A stretch of DNA of 63,024 nucleotides, filler included, from Asterionella formosa (Eukaryota), in the NCBI GenBank assembly GCA_002256025.1. It is 13 parts of 13 records of this genome, joined end to end, with 100 filler letters (N's around TTAATTAATTAA, not from the genome) between each part and the next. Parts side by side here need not be neighbours in the genome. Positions count along the whole stretch, not along the records: positions 61,962 to 63,024 come from NKIB01004586.1; 12 more parts are not named here. One strand, written 5' to 3'. Below, one piece after another: positions 62,000 to 63,024 of this stretch. The position numbers and the translations under genes are program-made. The notes below the pieces were generated by a model. That model saw only the letters and a list, made by a program, of their open reading frames with translations. It ran no database searches and had not been told where the DNA came from. How positions within the stretch are numbered: position 1 is the first letter of the stretch; each line of letters starts with the position of its first letter.

Positions 62000-62990
62000 C
62001 TCTATTAATTATCATGAACTCCCTTCTCTCTCGATCATTTTGCCAACACTTTGGCGTAATGCGTTTTCCTACTAACATTGAGGGTAATATGCTTGCCATG
62101 CTTGACTGTACATACAGACGAGTCAAAACAACCACAAAACGTGCGTATCTTACTGGGAAGGTGCGCCATAAACAACGGTTCTCACAAATACCCAAGTACC
62201 GAAACTTGGAACTCTAATAGTCTCATTAACCGAACCTTATCTGGGAGACTACACTGTACTGTGTACTAGGTAGGAATACCTGCAGCTGCCAGTAGATACC
62301 TTCACCATTGTGGACGAAAGCAAGCTCCCCAATATATCTTAGAGCACCTGCAAGTTGCCGTAATTTTGCTTCTTCATGCTGTTCACTCCCAGAACCAACA
62401 GATATTTCCCAACTTGGGAGCTGTTTAGAAATCAAAGTGAAACTTCAGACAGTTTTGCTCCCACTGGCCGAAATAAACAAGACTGGACGAAATTCGATAT
62501 TTTCAGACAATTTGGAATAAACAGGTTCCAACAAATAGAAATTTTTGGTTAAAGTACTCAGGTAAATTTAAGTCTAAGCAAATCGGCTAAACTTGTGCAG
62601 ACATAGTCCTTAATTCCTATGTACATAGCTATGATGTCATCATGGAAAGAATGTAAGTTACTGATGTCTCCTGGTATGTGCAAGTTGTTGTAATCTTGCT
62701 ACATCGACAGCTTAAGTCTTCATGCCAACAAAATAGTGAGTCGAATTCCAAATTGATAAATGTGTATCTTTTTGATTTCTGTTTAATAAACCAACATGGC
62801 CGACTTGGCTGTTTTAATTTATATTTAGCTTTAATTTGATTAAGCGCAAAATATTGAGACAAATCTGTTCTGCTTACTCTGCCATTTTCTTCCATAAGTT
62901 TTGCTTAAAGTTATACTGTTTTACTTAAACTCAGTTTTCCTTAAAGCTGCTTGCTTAAAGTTGGTTTACTTAATTTGTGTTTGCTTAAAG
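62000..62990 (-). pseudogene. Heavily decayed pogo/Tigger-like transposase remnant with upstream GCTTAAAG repeats
   Basis: Fragments VHNGEGIYWQL, RFVVVLT and ILPSMLVGKRITPKCW echo FN.DE.G.FW, R.TV.L and L.P..IGK...PRCF. (G)CTTAAAG occurs several times at 62903-62990. Confidence 0.4.
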
Positions 62991-63024
62991 TAGAAATTTT
63001 AAGCTTAATGATTGATGTCATCAT

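Overview
This is eukaryotic nuclear DNA, most likely from a diatom. Evidence: a fucoxanthin-chlorophyll-type LHC with a bipartite 'AAA|FAP' plastid-targeting motif, short GT-AG introns, and stramenopile-type transposons. The window is not one locus. It is 13 contigs joined by 100-nt N44-TTAATTAATTAA-N44 linkers: three of about 17.06 kb (1166-18234, 20665-37725, 37826-54879) and ten of about 1.06 kb. Adjacency across linkers therefore has no biological meaning. Contig 1166-18234 holds three tandem fucosyltransferase-like paralogues separated by decayed Harbinger and non-LTR elements, a spliced fasciclin gene and a truncated DusA-type synthase. Contig 20665-37725 holds a decayed copia, CWC25, a tRNA-derived SINE-like element, an LHC, a decayed Crypton tyrosine-recombinase transposon, a small secreted His-rich/acidic protein and a second copia 5' end. 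Contig 37826-54879 holds a CXC/tesmin gene, a lectin-like+F-box+LRR gene, an intronless epoxyqueuosine reductase QueH, Serinc and hypothetical genes. The small contigs carry fragments of a CRN-like REase, a gypsy integrase with its LTR, CCT6, a GH29 fucosidase, PGRL1-like and Mpo1-like genes, and a pogo-like remnant. The best leads are QueH among intron-bearing eukaryotic genes, the SINE-like element, copia elements with a hairpin where the tRNA primer site should be, the lectin/F-box fusion and a pervasive intergenic TACC(W)GGTA motif. All family calls come from motif recognition by eye; no searches were run.
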